A DNA stretch of 38,414 bases. Source: Flavobacteriales bacterium. Lineage in GTDB: Bacteria; Bacteroidota; Bacteroidia; Flavobacteriales_D; Sanyastnellaceae. The number at the start of each line of letters is the position of its first letter. The stretch's first letter is position 1. The translations under genes and the position numbers were made by a program. The notes beneath the pieces were generated by a model. It ran no database searches and had not been told where the DNA came from. It was given only the letters and a program-made list of their open reading frames with translations. This document shows, in pieces, positions 1 to 10,300 of this stretch. Location of the stretch: positions 1-38,414 of the forward strand of contig DQKQ01000007.1 in assembly GCA_015660615.1 (NCBI GenBank). The letters run 5' to 3'.

Positions 1-1640
1 AGATTGTTCTGCCCCCCTTCAATAGATAAAGCCGAATTAAAGATATTTCCCTGCTCGAAATACCCCAACATCCCGAACTGCTCAAGATCTTTAGAATACG
101 AAGCAAACCATTTAATACGAGGAATTTTGCGTTGTATCCAGATGAATAGAGCTTTATACTTAAACTTCTTATCCTCAGTACCATATGCAACATAAAATTT
201 GGGCATAAAAGTCCTACTAAATTTATTTGAAGTAGAAGCCCCCAACCGAATGCGATGCCCCTCAACTAAATTCTTTGAATAGGTATAGTACCATGGCCCC
301 AATTCAATTTTTCCGAGCATTAAATTTCCACTTCCGAGTCCAAACAAAAAGCCCTTTATGAATTTATATTGCCTCATGGACTGAACACTGTCAGCCATTA
401 AGTAAATGTTAGACTCCTTCTCTAATAAGGGTTCTGGTCGCTTCGACGCCCATGCTTGTTCAAGAACTTCATTGCTTCCCTTTGCAAACGACAAGTCCCT
501 TCTTGATGTCCAAACGGAATCTGGCCATTTCTGAGCAAATTCAAAATCGGTATTCACAACAGTACTCCTACCATATAACCCCATACTGGACCCTGTGAAA
601 GCTATGTCCATTACCTCCTCTCGTTTTATAAGCACCCAATTACCATCGATCTGGGCATATTCCTGCTTCCATCTTAATGCTCGTATCAAGTTTATATTAG
701 CTCCTTCACTAATTTTTGCCTCTACCTTACTAAGCGCTAGAGTTAAAGTGTCTATCCAAAGTTCCCCTTCAAAAGTAAGTTCTCCTCTTCTTCTCGGAAC
801 AAAAGCAAGATGGAAGGCCGGGCGTCCAGAAATATTTAATGTGTCTAAAATATAGTATCGATAATGAAGGTTTCCTCTATCGTGCAAAGGACTGGTAAAT
901 GCCTTGTCAACTAAAAGAAGTTGATTCTCGTATAGATTAATATTAAGAAATTCAGCAGTTACACTTGATGAGTTTTCGCCATCAGAAAACCAAGTAGCAC
1001 GTGCTGCTTCAACCCTTTGTTCTTTCCTTCTTGGTTTTTTTTGTGTCCGTTTAGTTCCTATAGATTCTGAAAAGAAAGTAGGTAGTGCAATCCTTGCATC
1101 TGAAGAGTCTAACCCATCCCAGACCCAACCAAATGCTCCCCAATATTTTCTACTTGGCAACTTCTCAGGGATGTCATTTAAGTCAATCTGTAGTCTTTCA
1201 TGATAATTATAACTAACCCCAGGAAGTTTTGCTGGGTCATTAATGGATTTGGCCTCTGCCACCCTTTGCATTAGAGGTTTTGCAGGATTTTGCTGTTTCT
1301 TGTCTGGCCTGACTTCAGCAACTGCTAATTCTATGCGCTTTGATTCAAGAGCTATATCTAATTTCTGTCTAACTTGTTTTTGTACTGGAATACTTTGTGA
1401 TGTGTACCCTACAAATGAGATAAAAACCCTGGATACTTTACGTTCACTTACAAGTCGATATTCGCCTAAGCCATTCGTCATAGTACCAATTGAAGTACCA
1501 GAAAAACTTACATTGACATACGGAAGTGCCTTTCCGGTTTCGCCATCGAACACCCTACCTGAAACTACTGTTTTTTGGGCTGTAAAGCCTAAGCTAAAAA
1601 AATATAATGAGGTAAGTAGTAAAACGTTTTTAAGGTTCAT
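1..1640 (-). CDS. Secreted protein with an N-terminal carboxypeptidase-regulatory-like domain (DUF5686-like). Only the N-terminal part is present; the C-terminus runs off the left edge.
   Basis: Absent from the ORF track because no stop codon lies inside the window. Reading the reverse complement from the ATG at 1640-1638, the frame stays open to position 3 (546 codons): MNLKNVLLLTSLYFFSLGFTAQKTVVSGRVFDGETGKALPYVNVSFSGTSIGTMTNGLGEYRL... It has a signal peptide ending TA-Q, then the VSGRV..G..LPYVNV...GT.T...G.Y pattern of CarboxypepD_reg domains. The family name is from memory. Confidence 0.7.
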   Translation of the reverse strand, partial: MNLKNVLLLTSLYFFSLGFTAQKTVVSGRVFDGETGKALPYVNVSFSGTSIGTMTNGLGEYRLVSERKVSRVFISFVGYTSQSIPVQKQVRQKLDIALESKRIELAVAEVRPDKKQQNPAKPLMQRVAEAKSINDPAKLPGVSYNYHERLQIDLNDIPEKLPSRKYWGAFGWVWDGLDSSDARIALPTFFSESIGTKRTQKKPRRKEQRVEAARATWFSDGENSSSVTAEFLNINLYENQLLLVDKAFTSPLHDRGNLHYRYYILDTLNISGRPAFHLAFVPRRRGELTFEGELWIDTLTLALSKVEAKISEGANINLIRALRWKQEYAQIDGNWVLIKREEVMDIAFTGSSMGLYGRSTVVNTDFEFAQKWPDSVWTSRRDLSFAKGSNEVLEQAWASKRPEPLLEKESNIYLMADSVQSMRQYKFIKGFLFGLGSGNLMLGKIELGPWYYTYSKNLVEGHRIRLGASTSNKFSRTFMPKFYVAYGTEDKKFKYKALFIWIQRKIPRIKWFASYSKDLEQFGMLGYFEQGNIFNSALSIEGGQNN

Positions 1641-1649
1641 TTATTATGG

Positions 1650-2480
1650 CTATGCACTCATTTGAGTCTCTCTACGCTTCTCCTCCCTTCTAGCAATTAC
1701 AATGCCTAACTCGTATAATGCGAGTACAGGTAATGAAACCATAATCTGACTTGTAATGTCTGGAGGAGTTATTATTGCGGATAAAACAAGAATTCCCACA
1801 AGTGCGTGCTTCCGGTATTTCTTAAGTCCCTTAGGTGTAACTACGCCTGCCCTAGCTAAGAAGAAAATTAGTACTGGAAGTTGAAAAATCAGACCCGCCG
1901 CAAACGAAATGGTAGAAACCGTTTTCACATAAGACATAACCCCAATTCTCGCAGCGACATCTCCGAGCTCATAGTGACCCAGGAATTGAAGTGAAAGTGG
2001 GACGATGCCCCAATATCCGAAGGCAACCCCTAAGAAAAATAAAGTAGATGAAGCTGCACCAGCACCTTGAGCGGCCTTCTTCTCGGTATTTTTCAAGGCG
2101 GGTTTAATAAACGCCCACAACTGAAGTGTTATAATAGGGAATGCGATAATGACTCCTCCTACCAACGAGACGATTATGTGGGCTGTGAAGTTCCCCATCA
2201 TGGAGGTGTTAATCAGTTCATACGTGATTTCTTTCACACATAATTTATCTCCCACACCGATTAATTCTGAGATTTTACACCAAATCCGAAAGCTAATAAA
2301 CTCCTCATTTCTAGGCCCGAATAAAACAGTATTAAATAGCCAATCCTTTTGAATAAATAAAATGGTAGCGCCTGCAAAAATTGAAATGACAGAGTAAAAC
2401 AACCTCTTTCTAATCTCCTCGAGGTGGTCAAAAAAACTCATTTCTTTTTCGTCCGGCATTTCCTGATCTAATGGACTCAT
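1650..2480 (-). CDS. tatC: Twin-arginine translocase subunit TatC
   Basis: 276-aa polytopic membrane ORF. The N-terminal MSFFDHLEEIRKRL matches the TatC HL.ELR.RL signature, and size and hydrophobic pattern are typical. Confidence 0.9.
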   Translation of the reverse strand: MSPLDQEMPDEKEMSFFDHLEEIRKRLFYSVISIFAGATILFIQKDWLFNTVLFGPRNEEFISFRIWCKISELIGVGDKLCVKEITYELINTSMMGNFTAHIIVSLVGGVIIAFPIITLQLWAFIKPALKNTEKKAAQGAGAASSTLFFLGVAFGYWGIVPLSLQFLGHYELGDVAARIGVMSYVKTVSTISFAAGLIFQLPVLIFFLARAGVVTPKGLKKYRKHALVGILVLSAIITPPDITSQIMVSLPVLALYELGIVIARREEKRRETQMSA

Positions 2481-2489
2481 TGTTGGACC

Positions 2490-3461
2490 TTATTTATTGC
2501 TAGTAACACCTTCTTTTACGAGGTCATGCAAATGTACTAACCCGAGATACTCATTATCTTCTGTTGTTACAATTACTTGTGAAATTCCTAAGTCTTGCAT
2601 CGCTGTAGCTGCATTAGCTGCAAGTTCCTTCTGAGATTTTATAAGTGGATTCTTACTCATCATCTCTGACGCAATAGCGGTACTTCCTTTTTCTAGAGCA
2701 CGCCTTAAGTCTCCGTCTGTGATTATTCCCACTACTTTTTTATGTTGAATAACAACAGTTGCACCATATCGTCCTTCGGTCATGGACATAAGCACTTCTT
2801 GAAGTGACGATTCAAGATTTACCTGAGGAGTTCGATCTTTGTCAAAGAGGTCTTCCAATGTGACGGTAAGTTTCTTTCCCAAAGCACCTCCAGGGTGAAA
2901 TTTAGCGAAATCTTCAGCTTTGAATCCACGAATTTCCATAAGACACATTGCGATAGCATCACCAAGTGCCATTTGAACCGCGGTACTTGTTGTAGGAGCT
3001 AAGTCATAAGGGCAAGCTTCTGCGTCTATTCCAGCAATTAGAACGTGATCAGATTGTTTCGCAAGTGGCGAGTCAGAAGCTCCGGTAACTCCAATAATTG
3101 GGTGCCCATGCTGTTTCAAAAGAGGCACAAGAGCCATTACTTCGGGACTTCTCCCACTCTTTGACAGGCATAAAACGACGTCACCCAATTGAATTATACC
3201 TAAATCTCCATGAACTGCATCACCTGCATGAACGAACAAAGCAGGAGATCCTGTAGAATTTAGAGTGGCTACAATCTTCCTTCCGACATCCGCACTTTTA
3301 CCCACTCCAGTTAAAACAACACGTCCTTTAGTATTGATAATCAACTTGATTACATCTACAAAGCTGTTATCTAATAATGTAGCAAGTCGATGTATAGCAT
3401 CTCCTTCCATACGAAGCGTCTTAAGCGCTCTGTTTAAAATAGTGTCGTCAGAACTGGACAT
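2490..3461 (-). CDS. kdsD: KpsF/GutQ-family arabinose-5-phosphate isomerase (SIS domain plus tandem CBS)
   Basis: 323 aa. SIS motif VVLTGVGKSADVGRKIVATLNSTG, followed by a C-terminal CBS pair (VVGIITDGDLRR, LGLVHLHDLVK). Confidence 0.85.
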   Translation of the reverse strand: MSSSDDTILNRALKTLRMEGDAIHRLATLLDNSFVDVIKLIINTKGRVVLTGVGKSADVGRKIVATLNSTGSPALFVHAGDAVHGDLGIIQLGDVVLCLSKSGRSPEVMALVPLLKQHGHPIIGVTGASDSPLAKQSDHVLIAGIDAEACPYDLAPTTSTAVQMALGDAIAMCLMEIRGFKAEDFAKFHPGGALGKKLTVTLEDLFDKDRTPQVNLESSLQEVLMSMTEGRYGATVVIQHKKVVGIITDGDLRRALEKGSTAIASEMMSKNPLIKSQKELAANAATAMQDLGISQVIVTTEDNEYLGLVHLHDLVKEGVTSNK

Positions 3462-3491
3462 AAGTCAATGTTATTAAGCCTTGAAAAAAAT

Positions 3492-3522
3492 TTTGTTGTT
3501 TTAAATAAACAGCTTATCTTTA
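3492..3522 (+). promoter_or_regulatory. Candidate Bacteroidota-type promoter for recQ
   Basis: TTTG at 3492-3495 and TATCTTTA at 3515-3522 (7/8 match to TAnnTTTG), separated by 19 nt. The -7 box ends 20 nt upstream of the recQ ATG. Confidence 0.3.
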
Positions 3523-3542
3523 GTGAGCAAATTTAGACATTG

Positions 3543-5741
3543 ATGAGCCTGATTGATGATTCGCCGAAAGAGGCGTTACAAAAATATTTTGGATTTAAAG
3601 AATTCAAAGGAGAACAAGAGATAGCTATCCTAAGTGTTCTTGAAGGTAAGGACACTTTCGTGATCATGCCTACAGGCGGCGGTAAGTCTATGTGCTATCA
3701 GCTTCCTGCCTTAATGTTAGATGGAGTGGCTCTTGTTGTTTCTCCTCTAATTGCTCTAATGAAAAATCAGGTTGATGCTTTACGGGGGAATCACGAAGAC
3801 CCTTCAATAACTCATTATCTAAATTCTTCTTTAAATAAAGCGGAGGCTGAAAATGTTAAGTTAGACGTTTCCTCAGGTAGGACGAAAATCCTATATGTAG
3901 CCCCTGAAACTCTAACTAAAGAGACAAATATTGAATTTCTGAAATCAGTTAAAATTAGTTTTGTAGCAGTAGATGAAGCTCATTGTATTTCTGAGTGGGG
4001 TCACGATTTCCGCCCTGAGTACAGAAGAATACGCCCCATTATTAAGCAAATAGCTGATGTTCCTATTATCGCTTTGACGGCAACAGCGACTCCTAAAGTT
4101 CAGCAAGATATTCAGAAGAATCTTCAGATGGTTGATGCGACTCTAATCAAGTCGTCTTTCAATAGAGAGAATCTTTACTATGAAGTGAAACCTAAAAAAG
4201 ATGCTTTGAAACAAATAGTTCAGCATTGTATTAGTAATAAAGGGAGGAGTGGAATTATTTACTGTTTAAGTAGAAAGAAAGTTGATCAAATTGCAGAAAC
4301 ATTATCTGTGAATGGTGTTAAAGTGTTGCCTTATCACGCTGGAAAAGACACTAAGACTAGAAGTAGAATCCAAGATGCTTTCTTAATGCAAGATGTAGAT
4401 GTAATCGTAGCTACAATTGCTTTTGGGATGGGTATAGATAAACCAGATGTTAGGTATGTAATACATTATGATATACCTAAAAGTTTAGAGAGTTATTATC
4501 AAGAAACAGGACGTGCAGGAAGAGATGGAGGTGATGGGCACTGTATCGCATTCTATAGTCATAAAGACATAGAAAAACTCGAGAAATTTCTTCAAGGTAA
4601 ACCACTTGCTGAACAAGAAATAGGGTCGCAGCTTCTACAGGAGGTTATGTCATACGCGGAGACTTCAATATCAAGGAGAAAGTTCCTCCTTCATTATTTC
4701 GGTGAAGAATTCGATGAGATAAATGGTCCAGGAGCAAAGAACTGTGACAACACCAGATATCCTAAGCCGCAATATGAAGGTAAGGATGAAATCCTAATGA
4801 TTTTAGGCGCTGTTAAGGAGCATAAGGAGGATCATAAAATGCAGTTTGTATCTGCAGTTTTAATAGGTGAAAGCAATAGAGAGGTAGATGACTATAACGG
4901 TAAGAACAGTTCTTTTTGGAATAAGGGAAAGGGAAAGCCAGATAGATATTGGAATGGGGTAATACGTCAGGCTTTGGTTTTAGGATATCTGAAGAAAGAA
5001 ATTGAAAAATACGGGGTTCTGACGCTTACAGAGAAGGGGAATACATTTTTAGAGAATCCGGTTTCTATAATGTTAGCTGAGGAAAGAGATTATAGAGATG
5101 TTGATACTGGAGATAAAATGGTCCAAACGCGACGTGGACAAGGAGGTGTAGCCGACGATACACTTCGTAAAATGCTTGTAACTCTTCGAAAAGACATTGC
5201 TGATCAGAAGAGTTTACCACCATATGTTATTTTTCAAGATATTTCGTTAGATGAAATGGCTATTCACTACCCAATTAAAGAAGAGGAGCTGTTGAGGATT
5301 TCTGGTGTAGGGATGGGGAAGGCAAAGAAATTTGGGGCTATGTTTTTAGCGCTAATTGCAAAGTATGTTGAAGAAAATAAGATAGAACGCGCAGATGATT
5401 TATTAGTCAGGACGAGTTCGAAAAAATCATCAGATAAGGTTTCTATAATCCAGCAAATCGATAGGAAGATGAACCTTGATGATATTGCTGCTCGTACAAG
5501 TTTAAACCGGGAGGCTGTACTATGTGAGATTGAACAAATAGTAGCAGCTGGAACGAAGCTTAATATAACACACCTTATAGAAGAGTCTATGGATGAGGAT
5601 TGTGTAGAAGAGCTTTTCGAATTCTTCAGCGAATCAGAGGAGGAAGGGATAGAAGCCGCTCTTATTGAATTTGAAGACTCATACTCTGAAAATGAGCTTA
5701 GACTTATGAGGGTTAAATTTCTGAGCGATGTTGCAAACTAA
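3543..5741 (+). CDS. recQ: ATP-dependent DNA helicase RecQ (long Bacteroidota form with a C-terminal extension)
   Basis: Walker A MPTGGGKS, DEAH box VAVDEAHCISEWGHDFRPEY, and ATIAFGMGIDKPDVRYVIHYDIPKSLESYYQETGRAGRDG. RQC- and HRDC-like regions follow. The track start at 3540 is TTG; I prefer the adjacent ATG at 3543. Confidence 0.95.
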   Translation: MSLIDDSPKEALQKYFGFKEFKGEQEIAILSVLEGKDTFVIMPTGGGKSMCYQLPALMLDGVALVVSPLIALMKNQVDALRGNHEDPSITHYLNSSLNKAEAENVKLDVSSGRTKILYVAPETLTKETNIEFLKSVKISFVAVDEAHCISEWGHDFRPEYRRIRPIIKQIADVPIIALTATATPKVQQDIQKNLQMVDATLIKSSFNRENLYYEVKPKKDALKQIVQHCISNKGRSGIIYCLSRKKVDQIAETLSVNGVKVLPYHAGKDTKTRSRIQDAFLMQDVDVIVATIAFGMGIDKPDVRYVIHYDIPKSLESYYQETGRAGRDGGDGHCIAFYSHKDIEKLEKFLQGKPLAEQEIGSQLLQEVMSYAETSISRRKFLLHYFGEEFDEINGPGAKNCDNTRYPKPQYEGKDEILMILGAVKEHKEDHKMQFVSAVLIGESNREVDDYNGKNSSFWNKGKGKPDRYWNGVIRQALVLGYLKKEIEKYGVLTLTEKGNTFLENPVSIMLAEERDYRDVDTGDKMVQTRRGQGGVADDTLRKMLVTLRKDIADQKSLPPYVIFQDISLDEMAIHYPIKEEELLRISGVGMGKAKKFGAMFLALIAKYVEENKIERADDLLVRTSSKKSSDKVSIIQQIDRKMNLDDIAARTSLNREAVLCEIEQIVAAGTKLNITHLIEESMDEDCVEELFEFFSESEEEGIEAALIEFEDSYSENELRLMRVKFLSDVAN

Positions 5742-6937
5742 GTCATTACAGCAGCGTAGGCCATAAGTCCAGCACCTATTTCTAAAGCACTTTCGTCAAT
5801 ATCGAATGTAGGCGTATGTAGCCCGCTATGACCTAAATCAGAATTGGGGCTTGAGGTCCCTAAACGGTAAAAACAACCTGGAATTTCATTTGCAAAAAAG
5901 CTAAAGTCTTCGGCAGTCATCCTTTCGGGTAAGTCGTGAACCTTCTCTACTCCAAGGTATTCTTCGGCTATGACTCTCATTCTCTTTGTCAACTCTGGAT
6001 TATTGTAAACACTTGGGTAACCAATAGGAATATGAAAATCTACAGTTGCACCTCGTTTATAACAAATAGCGTCTACAATCTCACGCATTTTTAAATGTGC
6101 ATTGAACCTCCATTCTTCGTTTAAAGACCTAAATGTTCCCTTTAACCTCACTTCGTTAGGTATAACATTTGTTGCTCCCTTCCCTTCAATAAATCCAAAC
6201 CCAAGAACAGTTTTAATTTCTGGATTAGCTCTTTCCTTCATAAACATCTCTAAAGCTAAAAGAATTTCAGAGGCTACAAGAAGTGGATTGACTTGGTTTT
6301 CAGGCAGTGCGGCATGTCCACCTTTTCCTTTGACAACAATATGAAATTCATCTGCTGAGGCCATATATGTTCCTGACCTCATCCCAACATGTCCTGCTGG
6401 AAGATCGGGGAAAACGTGTTGGCCTAAAATATGCTTAGGGATGGGATTTTTCAGTACTCCTTCACCGACCATTAACGAAGCCCCTCCAGGTAAACACTCT
6501 TCCCCCGGTTGGAATATGAGCCTAATCGTGCCATCCCACTTTTCACAATTTCTTGACAATATTAAAGCAGCGCCTAACAATGATGTAGTATGCACGTCGT
6601 GACCACAGGCATGCATTATTCCTGGATTACAGGAAATATAGTCAACTGTATTGAGTTCGGTTATAGGCAGTGCGTCTAAATCGGCTCTTAAAGCAATAAG
6701 TTTAGAAGTGGGATTGACCCCTTTTATGGTTGCAACTATTCCGGTTCCTGACACCCCTGATTTATATGGTATCCCCATTTTATCTAACTCACAACAAACA
6801 AACTCCATGGTCTTAAACTCCTTATAGGATAACTCAGGGTGCGCGTGAAGATGCCTTCTCCAACTCGATAGTTGTGGAGATATTTCTTTTGCAACTTGTG
6901 CAAATAACTCAGCTAAGTTGTCTAGTTCAGGCTTCAT
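5738..6937 (-). CDS. M20-family amidohydrolase (aminoacylase / hippurate-hydrolase type)
   Basis: Motifs MHACGHDVH, FQPGEE and VKGKGGHAA. The track start at 6967 is GTG; the ATG at 6937 (MKPELDNLAEL) is preferred and overlaps the upstream gene by 11 nt. Confidence 0.85.
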   Translation of the reverse strand: MKPELDNLAELFAQVAKEISPQLSSWRRHLHAHPELSYKEFKTMEFVCCELDKMGIPYKSGVSGTGIVATIKGVNPTSKLIALRADLDALPITELNTVDYISCNPGIMHACGHDVHTTSLLGAALILSRNCEKWDGTIRLIFQPGEECLPGGASLMVGEGVLKNPIPKHILGQHVFPDLPAGHVGMRSGTYMASADEFHIVVKGKGGHAALPENQVNPLLVASEILLALEMFMKERANPEIKTVLGFGFIEGKGATNVIPNEVRLKGTFRSLNEEWRFNAHLKMREIVDAICYKRGATVDFHIPIGYPSVYNNPELTKRMRVIAEEYLGVEKVHDLPERMTAEDFSFFANEIPGCFYRLGTSSPNSDLGHSGLHTPTFDIDESALEIGAGLMAYAAVMT

Positions 6938-7337
6938 TACTTGAGGAAAATACAGGAAAAAGTTCACGCAGAGATGTCCAGGCTAATGAAATTGCGGCGT
7001 AAAAAAGAAAAGCAGAGAAAATTAGACGAACAAAAGTAGGAGAAATTCGCAAGGCCCATTTACTTCCAAGCCATGCTCCGATAATAAAAGTGATGGCAAT
7101 TACTCCGGAATACCACCACTCTATAGATTGTTCGCTGTGATAGTTAATGGCTGCGAGTATTCCGATTGGTGGGAGCATTAGAGCTAGCGAAGTTCCTTGG
7201 GCTGTATGTTGGTCCAAGTCGAGGAAATATATTAATGCGGGCACAATTATTAATCCTCCTCCAATTCCAACAAATCCACTTGCTATTCCAGCAAAAATAC
7301 CTATAGCAAGAAGAATTAATATAGTTGATATTTCCAT
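6927..7337 (-). CDS. Half-size TauE/SafE (DUF81) family membrane protein
   Basis: Four hydrophobic helices. AGIASGFVGIGGGLIIVPALIYF is the typical first-helix motif of TauE/SafE permeases. I prefer the start at MEISTILILL (ATG 7337) over the track start at 7373. Confidence 0.6.
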   Translation of the reverse strand: MEISTILILLAIGIFAGIASGFVGIGGGLIIVPALIYFLDLDQHTAQGTSLALMLPPIGILAAINYHSEQSIEWWYSGVIAITFIIGAWLGSKWALRISPTFVRLIFSAFLFYAAISLAWTSLRELFPVFSSSNEA

Positions 7338-7362
7338 GTCGAATAAGTTATAACAATGAAAT

Positions 7363-10300
7363 TTAGAAATCAAAATTTAAACTCAAAGTGAATTTTCTGG
7401 GTAAAACTCTCCCGTCATCAATTCCCCAACCCCAATCAGCAGCAATCCAATAACCCATAACCCGTGAACGCATTCCATATCCGAAGTCATAAATAATGGG
7501 CTCTCTGTTGTTATCAATTATGACTGTTATAGGATTGTTTTCTATGGTTGTCGAGTTAAAGGTGTTTTCTTCTGAATATGGATGTATGCCTGTCCAAGCA
7601 GAGCCGATATCTGCAAAACCTATAAATTGAAAGTTTCTAATAAAATCTGTTTTTGCGGGCTCTTTAAAAATGGTACTCCAAACAGGGACTCTTAATTCAG
7701 CATTCAAAACCGTTGCGTTTGATCCATTTCTTGCGTTATTAGCAAAACCTCGCATAGGAGTGATTCTGGCTTGGTAGGCATATGATTGAGAAGGGTCTAT
7801 AGGGGTGCCGTAATTATTCGAAAACGAAAGGCTATTGTCCATTCCTCCAAGTAAGTGCAATAATTTCAATTCACCTATTGACCAGTCTCCTGCAGCCCTA
7901 AACGCAATGATTGAATTGGCGTAAATTCTAAAGTATTTTCGGATATCGAATCCTATTGTTCCGAAACTAGCATTAAACCCATCTAAGTAGATTTCAGCCC
8001 AAACCTTAGCTCTCAATCCTTCTCTAATATTCAATGCAGGATTACGAGTGTCATCATGCACGAATGAAATATTAAAACCAATTTGGTCTGTCCACCTATT
8101 AGGAGCAATTAAACTGAACATTTCAGTTCCTTGGATTACAGCTCTATCTAAGCGTATTACAGCTCCGGCCCTGATGCTCTTCACCTCATCGATTGGATAA
8201 GTGAGTCTGTAGCGAGCGAAATGTGATTGAGATTCAACCAATGAATAACTGAGAGGGTCTAAACTTGTAGAGCCCTGCCTCTGGAAGGAAAACATTCGGT
8301 CAACCTTTTGCGACAGGTCGAAGTAAGATATCCCTACAAGACTGTTACTTAGGTTCGCGGGGATGTTAAATCCTGCGATAATGTGCTTATCGTCGAAAAG
8401 ATCGCTAATTCTGATCTCCGTAGCATTACCTAAACCCGGCTGGAATGATGATGTTCCGTCATAGGCTCTGTAAAATTGAGACCCGAAGGCGTTACTAACT
8501 TGACTCTGTAATTTTTGTAGAGAAAAATTGAGTCTATAGTTGCTCGGTTTAATCTTAACATTACTTACAATAGCTTGAGTCGTTTTATCTACTTCAGGCA
8601 GCTTTTCCTCAGACTCTTCTTTATTTTGGTCTTCAAATTTAAATCTGTAATTCCTAATATCTACCTCAGTTTTAGAATATAAAATAGACCAATTTGGGGC
8701 AATAAATACTCCATCATTATTCGCGTCAAAACCTCCATCTGTCAATTCAAATTGATTAGACGTTCTTTGCTTAGTTTCTGGCACCCTTCCTAGATCAGCT
8801 CGGAATAAATGACGCATTGTATAGGTGTTTCCGTAGCAAAAGCCACCTGCGGTGTCACAACTGAAATTTAAAACGGGTATATCTAATTTCGATATTACTC
8901 GAGTGTCAAAAAAGGTTCTGTACCTAATGATAGTGTCTATGCTGAGAATTGTGCTGTCAGCCCAACCCCAGTTCATTTCTTGGCTTCCATCTTCAAACTC
9001 GGATAAATAAACAAATTCCTGCCCTCTCAGTGGCACCGGGTATCTCTCATCAATTAGTGGTGTGTTTACCAGTTGCTCAATCGGCTTAATTTCTTCATCG
9101 ATGTGGTATATAAACAAGTCTAAATTAGAATTAAACGGCATGTTATCTCTATCCTCTCGAAGCTTGGAATCAGGCCTGTTTGATGAAAAAATTATCGACT
9201 TGCCATCTTTAGTATACCTGGGGTGCAAATCATCAAACCTATCTCTCCACAAAGGCTCCTGTAAATTACCAATCACTCTGTAGATGTAAAGGTCTGACCT
9301 TCCATTAGACATGCCAGAGAATACGATGCTTCTCCCATCGGGGGAGTAATCCATGGACAAAACCTCATCTATTTTAAAAAGTTCTTTTTCTACTGGTTTT
9401 TCACCTAACCTAACTGTGACAAGCACTGGTTGGCCTTTTTTTACAATGGTGTAAGTGAACTGTTCCCCGTTCGGGTGCCAGGCTATTGTGGGCGTTAAGC
9501 CACTTTTTATTAAATCTAATTTATGCCCATGTTGTGCCCATCGCTCAATTTTGTCTTCGTTTATGTTATATGTCCAAACCCTCCACTGTCCTCTTTCATC
9601 AGTAATAAACGCAATGGTTTCTCCATCTGGAGAGAGGCTAAAGCATAAGTAGTCATAACGTTTCCTCAAATTAAAACCGAGATTACCTCCATTTTTTAAC
9701 GCTATTTTGTGATTTTTTCTTCCAATATTAGGTGGTAGTAATTCACCATAAAGTTTAGGTGTTTCCGTTAAATGATAATTAATCACTTCAGATAATAAAT
9801 CCTTTAGCCTAAGGCCAGTCGCAAATCTAAATCCGCCTTCTACACTTCTACTTACCCTTACCATGTATATAACATTTGCAATGGCTGGGATTCCATACAC
9901 ATCAGCTACATAATCCCAAACAGCCCCTCCAAGCTCCCCCGCTTCAGTTCCTTCGCTTCTATCGATAGTTGCTAGAGCTCTTGATCTCGCAGAGTCGAAT
10001 ATGTGAACATTGGCTTTCGCTGTTTTATTTGTCGAAATGTAATTAACGAGTCCTTCCTCAAACCAATCAGGAATTTGTAGCATACTCGAATTTCTTAGGG
10101 CGTCTTGCCAACCTCCACGATATAAGGTTTGGTGTAAAGCTATTCTTGCCAATCCTTCTTTTAGATCTTGCTCTAATCGCCGCCGATCTCCAGTACCATA
10201 AATAAACAGTTTATTCCCTATAATTTTCGCAGTTCCCCCTATATTATCATTCCCGGAATCATTATTAAACACCCCCATGTTACTTTGTCTAAATTCTGCA

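Noticed and set aside
1243-1665. 140-aa plus-strand ORF from the track, and also the ORFs at 4..195 and 595..855
   Set aside because: All three lie antisense inside the long open minus-strand frame (1-1640), which has a clear signal peptide and a CarboxypepD_reg-like domain. Their sequences are low-complexity and Cys/Phe-rich, with no recognisable motif. I treat them as shadow ORFs.
3529-3536. A minus-strand TAAATTTG box as the kdsD promoter
   Set aside because: It is a perfect TAnnTTTG match, but it lies 68 nt upstream of the kdsD start, just upstream of the recQ start codon, and I found no matching upstream TTTG element. It is plausible but too weak to list as a feature.
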